Made by a program: the position numbers and the translations under genes
Shown here: positions 1-12,860 of the stretch, piece by piece
Numbering within the stretch: position 1 is the first letter of the stretch
Layout: every line of letters starts with the position of its first letter
Origin: Chrysomallon squamiferum
Lineage: Eukaryota; Animalia; Mollusca
Length of the DNA stretch: 64,000 nucleotides
Reading direction: 5' to 3'
Assembly: GCA_012295275.1 (NCBI GenBank)
Contig: CM022673.1
Span: 6,696,001 to 6,760,000 of the forward strand
Notes under the pieces: model-generated
What the model saw: the letters and a program-made list of their open reading frames with translations, nothing else
Told to the model about the DNA's origin: nothing
Databases searched by the model: none

Positions 1-217
1 TAATTTATTAACAAAAAAAAAAATAATAATAATAATAATAATAATAAATTCATAAAATTAAAAAGATATAAATAAATAAAAACTAAAACGATGTATATGA
101 TAAAAAAAAATACATCACACGACAACATACTGTGAACACAATAATTACACATAACTGCTTTATCAGTTCATAAGATGCACACAATTCAAAGTGATCTTGT
201 TAAAAAAAATTATATAC

Positions 218-262
<45 letters not shown>

Positions 263-627
263 TGTAATAATATTAAAACAGTATTAAACACAACAGCACA
301 TTATTACTTTATCAGTTCACAGATGTACAAAATTTGCAATGATCTTGCTAAAGAATTTTTTTTTCTGCCAAGTAACTTATGTAACTGTCGAAGTGGATCA
401 AGCTTAAACAAACGATTTAATGGTTGCTTGATGAAGACCATTTAACCCCACTAATCAGGTTTTAACTTCGGGTTCATTACTGGTGTGTTATGTCACCTCT
501 CTCTGTCACATACAATATATATATAACAATCAGTTACTGCCCAGAGAGCAAAATCATTAAGAAAACCTGGATGAAAAGCAGATAAGAGAAAGGCTGTCAT
601 TCTTTGCTTGTGTTGTGTTTGTGCTGT

Positions 628-983
628 GTAAGTATGATTTATGTTTTATAATTATTAATGAAAATATAAATATTTAGAAATTATTATTAAAATTTGTACA
701 AGTTTGATACTATATATTTATCAAAACAGTGCAGATGAATAGTATATTTTATATTCTTGTTTGATTATTGGGGTTGTTATTTATTTTTTTTTTTTTTTTA
801 ATCCTTAGAATCTATTTTTTGGTAATAATAAAGAAAAAGTAATATAAAAACCAGTAGAAAAAATAAATTAGTTTGGTCTTGAAAATGTTAGAACATTTTA
901 ACTTAAGTTAAATTTGAGAAATTTGATAAAGCATGTTTGAAGTAAAATCCTGTGGAAGATTTAAACTGAATTTTGCAAACATT

Positions 984-1014
<31 letters not shown>

Positions 1015-1057
1015 CTAATAATAATGATAACAATAACAATAACAGTAACAATAAAAA

Positions 1058-1099
<42 letters not shown>

Positions 1100-1104
1100 T
1101 CCAG
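628..1104 (+). other. Putative 5'UTR intron of the ZDHHC gene
   Basis: GTAAGT donor at 628, AT-rich (AAT)n interior, TTCCAG acceptor ending at 1104. Confidence 0.45.
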
Positions 1105-1522
1105 GATCAGAAGCCTACGTGAAGAATAATTGAACTTTAATTTTACTTTTACTCCAAAAAAAAGAAAAGAATAATAAATCTAATTATTTAGTATCCACCA
1201 ACAAGCACATCAGGATTGTATATGATGATGCAGTACAGATCAAATCAATTCATATTTCAAAAGTTTCCAAAGATCCTATTTTATCCTAGAATATTACAGG
1301 GGTGATTCTCACTGGAACACTTCTGGAATTTTCCTAAAGTTACCTTTGATTCATTGTTGAATGCTAACATGGATCAGGATCCACTTTTAAACTGACATTA
1401 TCAGTTTTGATTCATCATTGATCCATTTTTGAAATGATAATTCACTTTTAAACTTACATAATGTTACTTTTGGTTCTAAAGTGAATTTCAGTGAATAAAA
1501 TACTCATGATTTGTTGCTGGAC

Positions 1523-1948
1523 ATGAATATCACTACTCAAAATCTGCCCAGACATGAAGAAAATGACAAATTAAGTACAAACCTGATTTCAGATCCATCA
1601 GTCCTTGTGGATTATAATGCTCGTAATTCAAAAGTGGATGTTAACCTTTCTCAGAATCTTAAATCAAATATGGATAAATTTTCTCTGAATCTGGACCTCA
1701 GTATGGATATCATTTCTCAGGATCCTGAACAAAATTTTGAAAATATGATATTGAATTCTAAAATGAGTAAGGATAATGTTTCTGAGCATTGTAAAGAAAG
1801 TATGGATCACTTTTCTCAAAATGTAAAAGCAAATGTGGATATGATTTCTCAGAATCCTAAACTCAGTATGGATAATATTTCTCAGAATCCTAAACTCACT
1901 ATGGATGACATTATTCATGATCCATCAGTAAATCTACACAAAAGTTGA
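1523..1948 (+). other. Upstream ORF built from a degenerate 33-bp (11-aa, MDxISQNPKLS-like) tandem repeat; possible N-terminal extension or uORF of the ZDHHC gene
   Basis: About 9 units between 1636 and 1935, e.g. GGATATGATTTCTCAGAATCCTAAACTCAGTAT then GGATAATATTTCTCAGAATCCTAAACTCACTAT. Open from ATG 1523 to TGA 1948. Confidence 0.55.
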
Positions 1949-2000
1949 CTGTTCTAAGTGACAAAAGAAAAACATTGGCTTGAAACCAAAAGCCAGACTT

Positions 2001-2918
2001 ATGAACAAATGTGCCCCTTGGTGGTACTTCATCATTGCTACTGGAGTTGCATACTGGGGATTAACAGAAGTTTTACCCGTTCTTTATAAGCACAGGAAGG
2101 TTCTTTTACTGGTGAACCAACTCTTTGGATTGTTGGTTTTTCTAGAACTGGCCATCAACTGGATTTGTATTAGATACGTGGATTCAACCTACAGACCAGA
2201 AATCCACGGAGTAAGGTCTCCAGAATGTGCTGAAAAAGAAAAAGATGAAACTGTCAGACCCAAACGTGGCAGAAAGGTGTACAAAATGTTCGTCACTACA
2301 TCTCTGCCTGATGCTGGTGGAAATGTTGATCAGAGTGCTGTCCCTTACTGGTCTTGGGTCACCTGTGTGATATGCAAACAACTGCGTCCACCACGATGTC
2401 ATCACTGCACTCTCTGCAACAAATGCGTCCTCAAAAGGGATCACCACTGCTTCTTTGCCCAGACCTGCATTGGGGTCAACAACCTCCGCCATTTTGCTGT
2501 TTTTCTCTTCTGGGCTTTCATTGGCTGCTTCTGGTCATGGCTGAACATGCTTCCATATTTCTTGAGAGAACTTCTTCCAGGCATGTCCTATCTGGATATC
2601 CTCACACCGTACTGCTTTATCCGATTCCTTCTAGGGTACCAGGAATTCCTCGTCTGTGTCCTCACATTCCTTGGATGGATGTTAACTGTGTTCCTGGTGT
2701 TCACAGGAATTAGTTTTCTCGACACTGTCATTATGATGCTCAAAGGGGTTACAACGTTTGAGTATGACAATGATATTGAGGTGATGGATTCCCGAACCAA
2801 GTTAGAGAAACTGCATTCGGTTTTTGGTAACTATTGGTTACTGAATTTTATTTTTCCATGTCATAGAATTTATAAGCCTTTAGAGAATGCTGTGGAATGG
2901 CCAAACACTTCTTTGTAA
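2001..2918 (+). CDS. ZDHHC22: DHHC palmitoyltransferase, ZDHHC22-like (intronless coding region)
   Basis: Complete DHHC cysteine-rich domain (CVICKQLRPPRCHHCTLCNKCVLKRDHHCFFAQTCIGVNNLRHF), four hydrophobic segments, TTFE (TTxE) motif and C-terminal VFG..W..NFIFP motif. DHHCFF points to the ZDHHC22 subfamily (subfamily less certain than family). First ATG 2001; the frame is open from 1962, so the N-terminus may be longer. Confidence 0.88.
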   Translation: MNKCAPWWYFIIATGVAYWGLTEVLPVLYKHRKVLLLVNQLFGLLVFLELAINWICIRYVDSTYRPEIHGVRSPECAEKEKDETVRPKRGRKVYKMFVTTSLPDAGGNVDQSAVPYWSWVTCVICKQLRPPRCHHCTLCNKCVLKRDHHCFFAQTCIGVNNLRHFAVFLFWAFIGCFWSWLNMLPYFLRELLPGMSYLDILTPYCFIRFLLGYQEFLVCVLTFLGWMLTVFLVFTGISFLDTVIMMLKGVTTFEYDNDIEVMDSRTKLEKLHSVFGNYWLLNFIFPCHRIYKPLENAVEWPNTSL

Positions 2919-3195
2919 TAATAAATTCTAGAATTTTAAAAAAAAATTATTATTTAAAATCAGCATTAAAATTCTTTAAAGAAGCATTACTAAAATTCAT
3001 GGTTTTAAATTTTTTTTGGTGTTTGTTTACTTATTATTATTATTATTTTTAATTGCTGGGGTTTGTTTTCTTTGGGTGGAAGGGATGATATTGATTTTTA
3101 AAAGCATAATTTTAAAATTAAATTGAAAAATTAAAAAGAAATGTCAGTTCTGTTAAGGTAAATTGTAGTTAAGTAATCAATAATAACAATAATAA

Positions 3196-3390
3196 AGAAA
3201 TAAAATAAAAATAAAATAAAATAAAATAAAATAAAATAAAATAAAATAAAATAAAATAAAATAAAATAAAATAAAATAAAATAAATAAAAAAATAAAATA
3301 AAATAAAATAAAATAAAATAAAATAAAATAAAATAAAATAAAATAAAAAAAAAAAATAAAATAAAATAAAATAAAATAAAATAAAATAGA
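3196..3390. repeat. (AAAAT)n microsatellite
   Basis: Seen directly; explains the FYFIL ORFs at 3131-3512. Confidence 0.95.
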
Positions 3391-4662
3391 ATAAACAAAA
3401 CAAAAACAAAAAACAGAACACATACAAAATGGATGACAACAGTTTTAATACTGCTCAAAAATACAAAATTGTTTTTCAATACAACAATAAAAAAAATGTA
3501 TAAAATATACAATCATTATGTATTAGATATTTGTATATGCAGGATAAATAATGTAACATGAAATATAAATTTATATAAATGTTTTTAATCCCAACAAAAG
3601 GTCATTTTCAACAATATCACGTTATTGGAGACATTCATTTTTTATATAAATAAAAATCATCAAAAAATATTTTCAAATCAAACCTGATTTATAAATCAAA
3701 GTTTATACATAAGTATTACCAGAGACAATGTTTAAAAATAAAGTATTTTAAAATAAAAGTTCAAAATTATAGTCATGTGTTTTGATTAGTGGTTTTTGTT
3801 GGGTTTTTTTTACTAAATAAAAATTTGGGGTTACAGAAACTTTTTGAACTGAACTAGTTTTGATGTAAAATTCTGTTAATAATTAATAATAATAATAATA
3901 ATTATAATAATAACAATAATAATAATCATTATAATTATAACAAATAAATAAATTAATAATAATTATTACTAATAATAATAATAACAAAGAAAACAAAACA
4001 AAAATTATAAAATATTAAGTAAAAAGACAGACAAAAAAATCCTTAATAATAACCAACAATTAATAAAAAATAAAATATTTTTTGAACAGCACCAGTTTTG
4101 ATTTAAAATCTATTGTGGTTTCATTTACATTTCTTTATTAGTAGTCTATGAACAAAGAAATACCAATAAACAAATTTTATTACAGTAGCATTTAGAAATA
4201 AAATTATATATTAAATCATCAATAATAATCATTATTAGTACATCATTATATATATAAAGAAATTTACAATTCTTTAACTGCTGTTGTTTTTAAATTTGTT
4301 TACATATATTTCTTTCATATATGACCAAAACAAATATATAAAATATATAAAAATTCACAGATAAATATATCATTTACAAAAATATATTCCCATTCATTTC
4401 CTTCATTTTTATGTGAAAAAATATATCATTACTATCAAATTACATTATTGTAAAAAAAAAAAAAATATATATATATAATAATAATAAGTAAACAAATTCA
4501 AAATTAATGTATACTTTCATATTGAGAAAAATATTTATTTCACAAAGATAGTTTTTACAGGAAAATTATTTATAAGTTGGTTTTTTTTTTTTTTCTTCAG
4601 ATAAATGTAATTTATGATTTAGAATATTGTGCATGAAGTGTTAAAACAGCGCCAGTTTCCAG

Positions 4663-7488
4663 TCAGACCACTTTAACATAGTTTGCAGGAAAAATCCCGA
4701 CTCTCCCGTTGAGCTTTCCTTCCCACCAGTCATATTGCGAATCGGTTTTTGCAAGCACTTTGATTCTCTCTCCTGACAAAAAAAAAAAATAAATAAACAA
4801 AAGAACTCCATTAATATACACTTTTCCAACCAACAAAGTCTAAAATAATAATTTTAAAAAAAAATTAAAATTAAAATTAAAAACAAAAAATAGAATAAAT
4901 AAATAAAATTTAAAAACAAAAAATAAAATAAAAAAATAAAGAAATGGAAATTAAAAACAAACAATAAAATAAAAAAATAGATAAATAAAAATTAAAAACA
5001 AAAAATAAAATAAATAAATAAATAAAAATTTAAAAAAACAAAAATTAAAAATAAAAATAAAATGATTGACAGTGTTTCAGTATTATTACCGACTTGTTAT
5101 TTTTAGATTTTCTTTTATTAATTTATTATTATGTTATAATTACTGTTAGCATTATTAGTATTATTATTATGATGATGATGATGATGTTGATGATCATTCT
5201 TCCACTGGATTTTTTCCCATTTTTAATTATATTTTAAATTAAATTCATTCTCAAGACATTATTATTCTTATTAATAACTGATAACAAATATTTTTAAAAT
5301 GTATATTTTATTCCAAAACAATAAAAACATCAAAATAGATAACAAAATTTATAAGAGGTCAGATGGATTATCTAATTAAAAAAAAAAATCACACGCATTA
5401 TCCGCCTCACAAGGAAGGTGAAACAGTTAATCTCATTTACAAGAAAGATCAAATAATAAATCTAATTTCAAACAAAGGTGAAAAAGATAATCTGATTCAA
5501 TGGAAAGGTCAGGCAGATTATCTCATTAACACAAAGGTCAATTGACATACCTGCCTTAAAAGAGAGGTCAGAAGGTATCTGCCCTTTGAACTCAAACTGG
5601 GCAATGGCTTCTGCTACAGGTGTTAGTTGTGATGAAATAGTCTCACCTACAAAATTATTTCAAAAACAATTATTTAAAGTGGTCAACCAAATAATTAGCA
5701 CAAAATTCACTCTGCATATCTATATTTACAAAAATAAAATCGCGAACAAGAATTTCCCTAGTCTCATGATGCCATTTTGTATTAAAATGCAAAACAAAAT
5801 CTTAAAAGACTGAATCAACGTTGTAATGCATTACTCAGTCTGTCAGGTATTTTTGAGACTTATGAAAACAATTTCCTTCTGAAAAACAATACAAACAGAT
5901 TACAGAAAAGCAAAACATTATTATCATTATTATTAACTGCCAAAAAAAAAAAAATAATAATAATAACAATAATAACACTAATAATAATAATTAAAATAAA
6001 AATTACTTAAACTTAAAAGGATTTAAGATTTATAACCAAATTAAAATAATTTGCATTTTATATGGAATATGGAATATGAAATCACCCTAGCTATAAATGA
6101 GAACACAAGCTGACAACAGTAATAATAATAATAATAATAATAATAAATATAATAATAAAAAAACAAACAAACAAACAAACAAACAAACAAACAAATAAAT
6201 AAAATAAAATAAATAAATAAAATAAATAAATGTACAAGCTTTTTTTTCCCCTTTTTTCTACAAAATCACTAGTCAGTTATATAAATGTGAAGGTCACCTG
6301 ATCTGGACACGGCATGGACAGTGCGAGTGGGTCCTTGTTTCTGTTGTGACCCTTTGAAATCTCGACCTATTTTCACAGCGGGTGATGAACTCGATGATTT
6401 CACACTTTCTTTTTTACTGTCCCGAACAGAACTGGATCGAAAACTCTGAAATTTTTTTTTTTTAAATTTAAAATTTAAAAACAATTTCATGAATATATTC
6501 TGAGCACAAAAACAAGCAACTGTTTATTAACAAATAATAATAATAAACTGAAAAAAAAAAAAAAAAATGTCTTGATACCTGAACCTGGCATAATCAACTT
6601 TTAACTTGTTTTTGTTTCAGTAACAGTGACAGTAGCAGTGATATAACAATAACAGTTGTAGTGGTAGAAGTAGTATCAGTAATAATGGTAGTAATAGTAG
6701 TAGTAGTAACAGTGACAGTAGCAGTGACATAACAATAATAGTTGTAGTGGTAGAAGTAGTAGCAGTAATAATGGTAGTATTAGTAGTAGTAGTAACAGTG
6801 ACAGTAGCAGTGATATAACAACAATCGTTGTAGTGGTAGAAGTAGTAGCAGTAATAACAGTGACAGTAGCAGTGATATAACAATAATAGTTGTAGTGGTA
6901 GAAGTAGAAGCAGTAATAATGGTAGTAATAGTAGTAGTAGTAACAGTGACAGTAGCAGTGATATAACAACAATAGTTGTAGTGGTAGCAGTAGTAACAGT
7001 GACAGTAGCAGTGTAATAAAGTGGTGTAGTAGTAATAATGGTAGTAATAGTAGTAGTAGTAACAGTGACAGTAGCAGTGATATAACAACAATAGTTGTAG
7101 TGGTAGAAGTAGTAGCAGTAATAATGGTAGTAATAGTAGTAGTAGTAACAGTGACAGTAGCAGTGATATAACAACAATAGTTGTAGTGGTAGAAGTAGTA
7201 GCAGTAATAATGGTAGTAATAGTAGTAGTAATAACAGTGGCAAAAAAAGCAGCAGTAGTAGAAGTAGTGATAGTATTAACAGCAGTAATAATAATAATGG
7301 TAGTAGTAGTAATAGTAGTAATAGTAGAAATAGTAGTAATAGTAGTAGTAGTATAGCAGTAGTTGTTGTAGTAGTAGCAGCAGTTGCATTAGTAGTAGTA
7401 GTACTAGTAGTAACAGTAGTACAAGTAGAAATAGTAATAACAAGTAGAAGCAGAAAGTTACAGTAACAGTAGTATAGCAGTAAGTTGT

Positions 7489-7554
<66 letters not shown>

Positions 7555-7623
7555 CAGTAGTAGTAGCAGTAGTAGTAGTAGTAGCAGTAGTAGTAGTAGT
7601 AATAGTAGTAGTAGTAGCAGTAA

Positions 7624-7661
<38 letters not shown>

Positions 7662-8740
7662 TAAGTAATTAGTAGTAGTGTATAACAAAAATGTCTCATA
7701 CGAGGACCCCACCTGGAATGTTGAGGAGAGTCCCTCACTGACTCTGTCTTTGATTGAGTGTTTGTGTTTGTAGACTTCATCCTTGGCCATCTCCAGACCT
7801 GCCCTGACAGCCTCGTTCCTGTGATTACTCAACACTTCATAGAGGGCGCTGCATTCTTCAGGCGGCCTTACGTCCCCTGACAGAATCTGGAAAGCTCTGA
7901 TATCCTCGCCATAAAATCTGATTTGTAAAGAATAAATCATCATAAAATTATTAATACAAATGTCAATATATATATATTAAAAAAAAACACCAAAAAAATC
8001 ACTGTCACTATGAATAGAAAAGAGTGAGAAATAAATAAATAAGGACAGAAGGACACAAACTTTATCTTACTTTCTGTTAGCATCCTTTCTTTCAATCAGT
8101 CCACTGCCTTCTATTGAGATTCCAGCAAAAATACCTTTAAAATAAACATTTTATTTAACTGAATTACAATTTGCCGATAATAATTAAAAAAAATCCTTTT
8201 TTTATTTTTTAGATACTCATATGTTGGAAAATTTCATTTTTTTTCATTTCATTTTATTTTGTTGTTGTCAGGGGGTTTTTATCCCTAAATTTAACAAAAA
8301 TTATTTAAAAAAATGGTTTATACCTATAACACACAGACACAAAATAAATTAGGGAAACTAATTTAAAAGAATAATGAAAAATAATAAATTTTATTCTGAT
8401 TTGTATCAATATGTTAAAAAATATTTTTTATATTAAATACTTATTACCTTTAGTTTTAGAGTATGTATAGATTGCAGATGGACTCCGAACAGACACATCA
8501 CCTTCCAGGTTTCTACCTAGAGGTCCTGCTGCAATAGTGAAGTTGCCCCCTAGTGTCAAGTTACCTCCCTTTGAGAATGCATCAACAGCTGCTTGGTTGT
8601 TAAGTATGATTACAAAATCAGTGACCTGAAATAATAATAATAATAATAATAATAGTAGTAGCAGCAGTAGTAGTAGTAATATTAATCATAGTGATAATAA
8701 CATTAAAAATAATAGTAATAATGATAAAAAAAATAGAAGC

Positions 8741-8803
<63 letters not shown>

Positions 8804-10734
8804 ACCAAGTAATAATGACAATAACAATAGAAAAATAATAATAATAACAATCATATGATGATGATGATGATAACAATAATAATGATGACAACAAATACAT
8901 TCAATTACTTAACTTAATTTTGTTGTACTGGGATTGTTTTAATTTCAGAGAAGTGAAAGAAATGATAAAACAATTAACAAAACAGAAAAATAAATTTCTT
9001 TACTTTAAAAACAGTATTCACTGACCTCAGCTCCGATTTCAAATCCACCACCAAGTCCAGCCAGACCAATGGCTGAAGGTGCTGACCATCCTAAAATAAA
9101 AACATTTAATTTAAACTAGCATAAACAAAGAGAAAATAACAATCACAAAATAATCATAAAAATGACAGTAATGATGATGATTACAATAATAACGATGATG
9201 TTGATGATGATGATGATGATGATATTAACAGTACTAATAGCAATTACATTTTCATTTTGTGAAGATTAGAAATACATGTTGAAAGAATGTGATAAATAAA
9301 GTCTATAAACAGACAGAAGTTCATTGCTTTACAACTGCAAAGTAAATGATATATTTTGGTAAATGAAACAGTCATGGAAATATTGATCAATGTATATTTG
9401 GCCCATTGTATATTGTATTTATATAAAAACTATATGTTAATATTTCATAAACATGTAGCTGTTATACCAACATATATCAAAACATTATCCAAGAAAAATA
9501 AAATTCAGCTTTAAAACTTTTCAGTTTTTTGGTATTTTTGATAAGCTATAATCAGTCTATATTTGTCCATAGAAATAACATATATGGATGTAAGCATTAT
9601 TAATTATTAATTACCTTTTCCATAATCATCATCACTGCTGTATATCAACATATATCAAAACATTATCCAAGAAAAATAATATCTTTAAAACATTTTTATA
9701 TCTATAAGTCTATGTTTATCCAAGAAAAATTACCTTTTCCATAATCAAAATTCAAAACATTATCCAAGAAAAATAAAATTCAGCTTTAAAACTTTTTTGT
9801 TTTTTGGTATTTTTGATAAGCTATAATCAGTCTATATTTGTCCATAGAAATAACATATTGGATGTAAGCATTATTAATTATTAATTACCTTTTCCATAAT
9901 CATCATCACTGCTGTATATCAACATATATCAAAACATTATCCAAGAAAAATAAAATTCAGCTTTAAAACTTTCTTTTTGGTATTTTTGATAAGCTATAGT
10001 CAGTCTATGTTTGACTGTAGAACTAACATATTTGGATGTAAGCATTATTAATTATTAATTACCTTTTCCATAATCATCATCACTGCTGTCAAGTTTTGCT
10101 ATAACTATTCCACTTCCTCCTCGAGCTGTGACCAGGAAACCTGCCTTGAAAACTGTTATAATGGCAAGGCCTCTCGCATTGGCTAAAATACCAGCTGTAA
10201 ATAAACAAAAAAAAAAAAAATTAAAATAAATATATAAATCAATATAGAATGAAAGAATGATTTTGTTTGTTGTACATGTGTTGTCTGAGGGTGTATGCAT
10301 TTGTGTCTGACAAAAATTTACAAGCCAGATTATATTTTTTTTTTTTTTTTAAAGTTTTTAATCTACTGAACTGTTCATTTTAAAAACACAAACACAATCC
10401 AAACCATCTTTACCATATCAGTATTTTTCTTCGTATTTCTGTATATGTACAAATAATAATTAATATTATTATTATTAATCTTAAAAAAATAAAAAATAAA
10501 AAATAAAATTTGTATTGTTTATCTGAAGAGATTAAATTAAATGAGGGTTTATTATTGTTGTTGTTATTCTTTTTATTTATTTTATTTTATTTTATTTTTT
10601 TTTTTTTTAAGTAACAAACCTGGAATAAGTTTATCTGGACCAGCTCTTGCACTTGGCATTGTGAATTCTCTGAGGATTTTGGCTGCTTTCTTTGCCTCAG
10701 ATTTAAGACTGTGTGGGATTGGAGTGTTAACCAT
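4663..10734 (-). CDS. SH3YL1: SH3 domain-containing YSC84-like protein 1 (SYLF + SH3)
   Basis: Phase-compatible GT-AG exons: 10734-10620 (MVNTPIPHSLKSEAKKAAKILREF...GPDKLIP), 10194-10063 (GLAIITVFKAGFLVTARGGSGIVIAKL), 9090-9026 (WSAPSAIGLAGLGGGFEIGAE), 8625-8448 (VTDFVIILN...GGNLTLGGN...GPLGRNLEG), 8134-8071 (GIFAGISIEGSGLIERK), 7917-7713 (FYGEDIRAFQIL), 6445-6298, 5646-5551 (AIAQFEFKGQIPSDLSFKAG), 4772-4663 (ERIKVLAKTDSQYDWWEGKLNGRVGIFPANYVKVV*). Confidence 0.96.
5351..5590. repeat. Degenerate ~30-bp minisatellite across the SH3YL1 exon 8 / intron 8 boundary
   Basis: About 8 units resembling AAAGGTCAGNCAGATTATCTNATT; the unit at ~5560-5590 lies inside the exon. Confidence 0.6.
6618..7660. 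repeat. ~86-bp minisatellite grading into an (AGT)n microsatellite, SH3YL1 intron 6
   Basis: Anchor TAACAGTG at 6621, 6707, 6793, 6855, 6941, 6994, 7060, 7146, 7232; near-pure (AGT)n at 7488-7660. Confidence 0.92.
9468..10089. repeat. ~174-bp tandem duplication that includes the 3' end and splice donor of SH3YL1 exon 2
   Basis: TTACCTTTTCCATAATCA recurs at 9611, 9730, 9885 and 10059 with shared flanks. Confidence 0.9.
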
Positions 10735-11430
10735 TTTGATTTACTTTTCACTGTGATCTTTGAGCTGTCATAAAAACAATGTCTGAAAAATATGTTAATG
10801 CATTTATTCAAGAAAACACCTTGATTTTTTTAAATATTATTTGATAATGATAATGATGATGATAACAACAGTGAAAGCATATGAATTGGAAATATCTGCC
10901 CGATTTGATATCTATTTTTCTCTGGACCAAAACAACGCCATAGAGTATTTTTAAACATTATTGTCTTTCAAAAACATAAGTTACGAGTACATACGCGATT
11001 TGTAATTAACAATTACAGATAATAAGTTTAATATTCACTTTGGAGGCAGTAAAACAAATGATGGTGAGATCTATTAAAATGATTTATTTTAAGACTTTAC
11101 ATTATTTGTGTACAAAACAGAGAGAAAGTAATTTTAGTATTTATGATATAATTATTGATTAAGAATTGTTTGGATAAACGACATTTTTAAAAATCTTCTT
11201 ATTCATTATTATTTATTTTAATTATTAATAATATATGTTTTCGATAAATATGTATTAATCTGCAAGAATAACAATTTTAACGGTATTTAAAATTATTAAT
11301 ACTAAACTAAAACTATATTAAAATTTACAAAAACGATTCCATTTTATTTTATTTTTCTTAAGTTTATATATATATTTAATATCAGATTTGAGACAGGCAC
11401 AAAAAAAAGTATATATTTATGACATCCTTA

Positions 11431-11610
11431 CCGTTTAAATACAGGTTTTTAAGTAATGTTGCTAAATGTAAACGAAATCATTGTTATAAATGCATCGAAT
11501 AATTCATCATCCAAAATTATTAACAACAATATCGCTTCCGTATTAATTAGAGTTATCGTTCATTAATTGGAAAAGTCCATTATGACCGAGTCGGAGGGCA
11601 GGCGCATTAA
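11431..11610 (-). promoter_or_regulatory. Putative SH3YL1 promoter and non-coding first exon
   Basis: Local CpG retention, minus-strand GTAAGG donor near 11430, GC-rich patch 11584-11606. Confidence 0.45.
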
Positions 11611-11695
11611 AACAAAAGAAAATTATAATAAAAAAATAAATAAATAAAATAAAAATAGTTCAAGGTTGACCTTTTAATACATTGATCAGTAAACG

Positions 11696-11733
<38 letters not shown>

Positions 11734-12860
11734 AAGGAAGAAAAAGAAAACAAGAAAATAATTTCTTTATTTCCCAAAATTTCATGGATAAAACACATAT
11801 GTTCTTAATTTGGTAAGTTTGTAATTATTTCCATTCTGCTAAACTATCATAATTATGCAAAGTAAGACAACAAAATTAAAACATTAATATTAATAATAAT
11901 AATAAAGTAAGAGATAATTAATTGAATACTTAAAAACAAATTGGTTTTTAAAGACATTATCATCTACAATTTATGAAGAAATCAACTTTTTATAATTATT
12001 CTGAATTCTCTTTTTTTATTTACCAGTCTTTTAAGTTTATATGTTTTTAAAAGATTTTTTACTTTTAATTTTTTTTGCGGGAATAAACCTCCACATTATA
12101 CTAGAATTTTGTAAAGAAATGAAAATTGTTTAAAAAACAAATTTCTCTGGTAACTTAGCTATACAGTAACTGACGTTGCAGAGTAAATTATAAAAAATGT
12201 ACTAGTGCCCACTTCAGAACATAGAATATCATTGAACCAGCCATTCTTATTGAAGTCCTTACTTTAATATATTTCAAACAAATAATAGAATACAACACAT
12301 GTAAACAAATAATTACAAAATTAAAAAATAAAATGACATTTATATTTTTCATTGTCATTTTTACAAAATTCCCAACTCAAAATAACATAACTCAAAATGT
12401 ATTTGTATTGTAACTCAAAATTTATTGACATCATAACTCAAATTTTATTTGTATCATTATTCAAAATGAATGTGTACCAGACCTTAAAGCACTAGTTACA
12501 TCTTAATTCAAAACTGCCATCTTTGTTATATTCCTTTTGCATTTCAACTCAGAAGAAGCAGTAACACTTTAACTCCAAACTGATGGTTATGTGATGGATC
12601 AAAACCACAAAATTGCATGATTCAACTTGTCAACAGTGTTTTAACTCAAAAAGGATGAATGTGTCTTCAATCAAAAATTGCCAGTTGCATGAAATAACAA
12701 AACCACTGTTTTATCAATTTCCATTCTGATCGATTTAAAAATCTGAAAGACACCAGACTGAATTTAATCATCAAATGCGACGGTGGCTGTTTTTGATGAT
12801 AATGGAAATCATATCAGAACAGTTACTGATATCTGTACTGATAGGTCCTCTCAGAAATCA

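Noticed and set aside
6617-7943. 387-aa and overlapping poly-T/L/Y ORFs
   Set aside because: Translations of the minisatellite and (AGT)n tract; only 7917-7713 is a real SH3YL1 exon.
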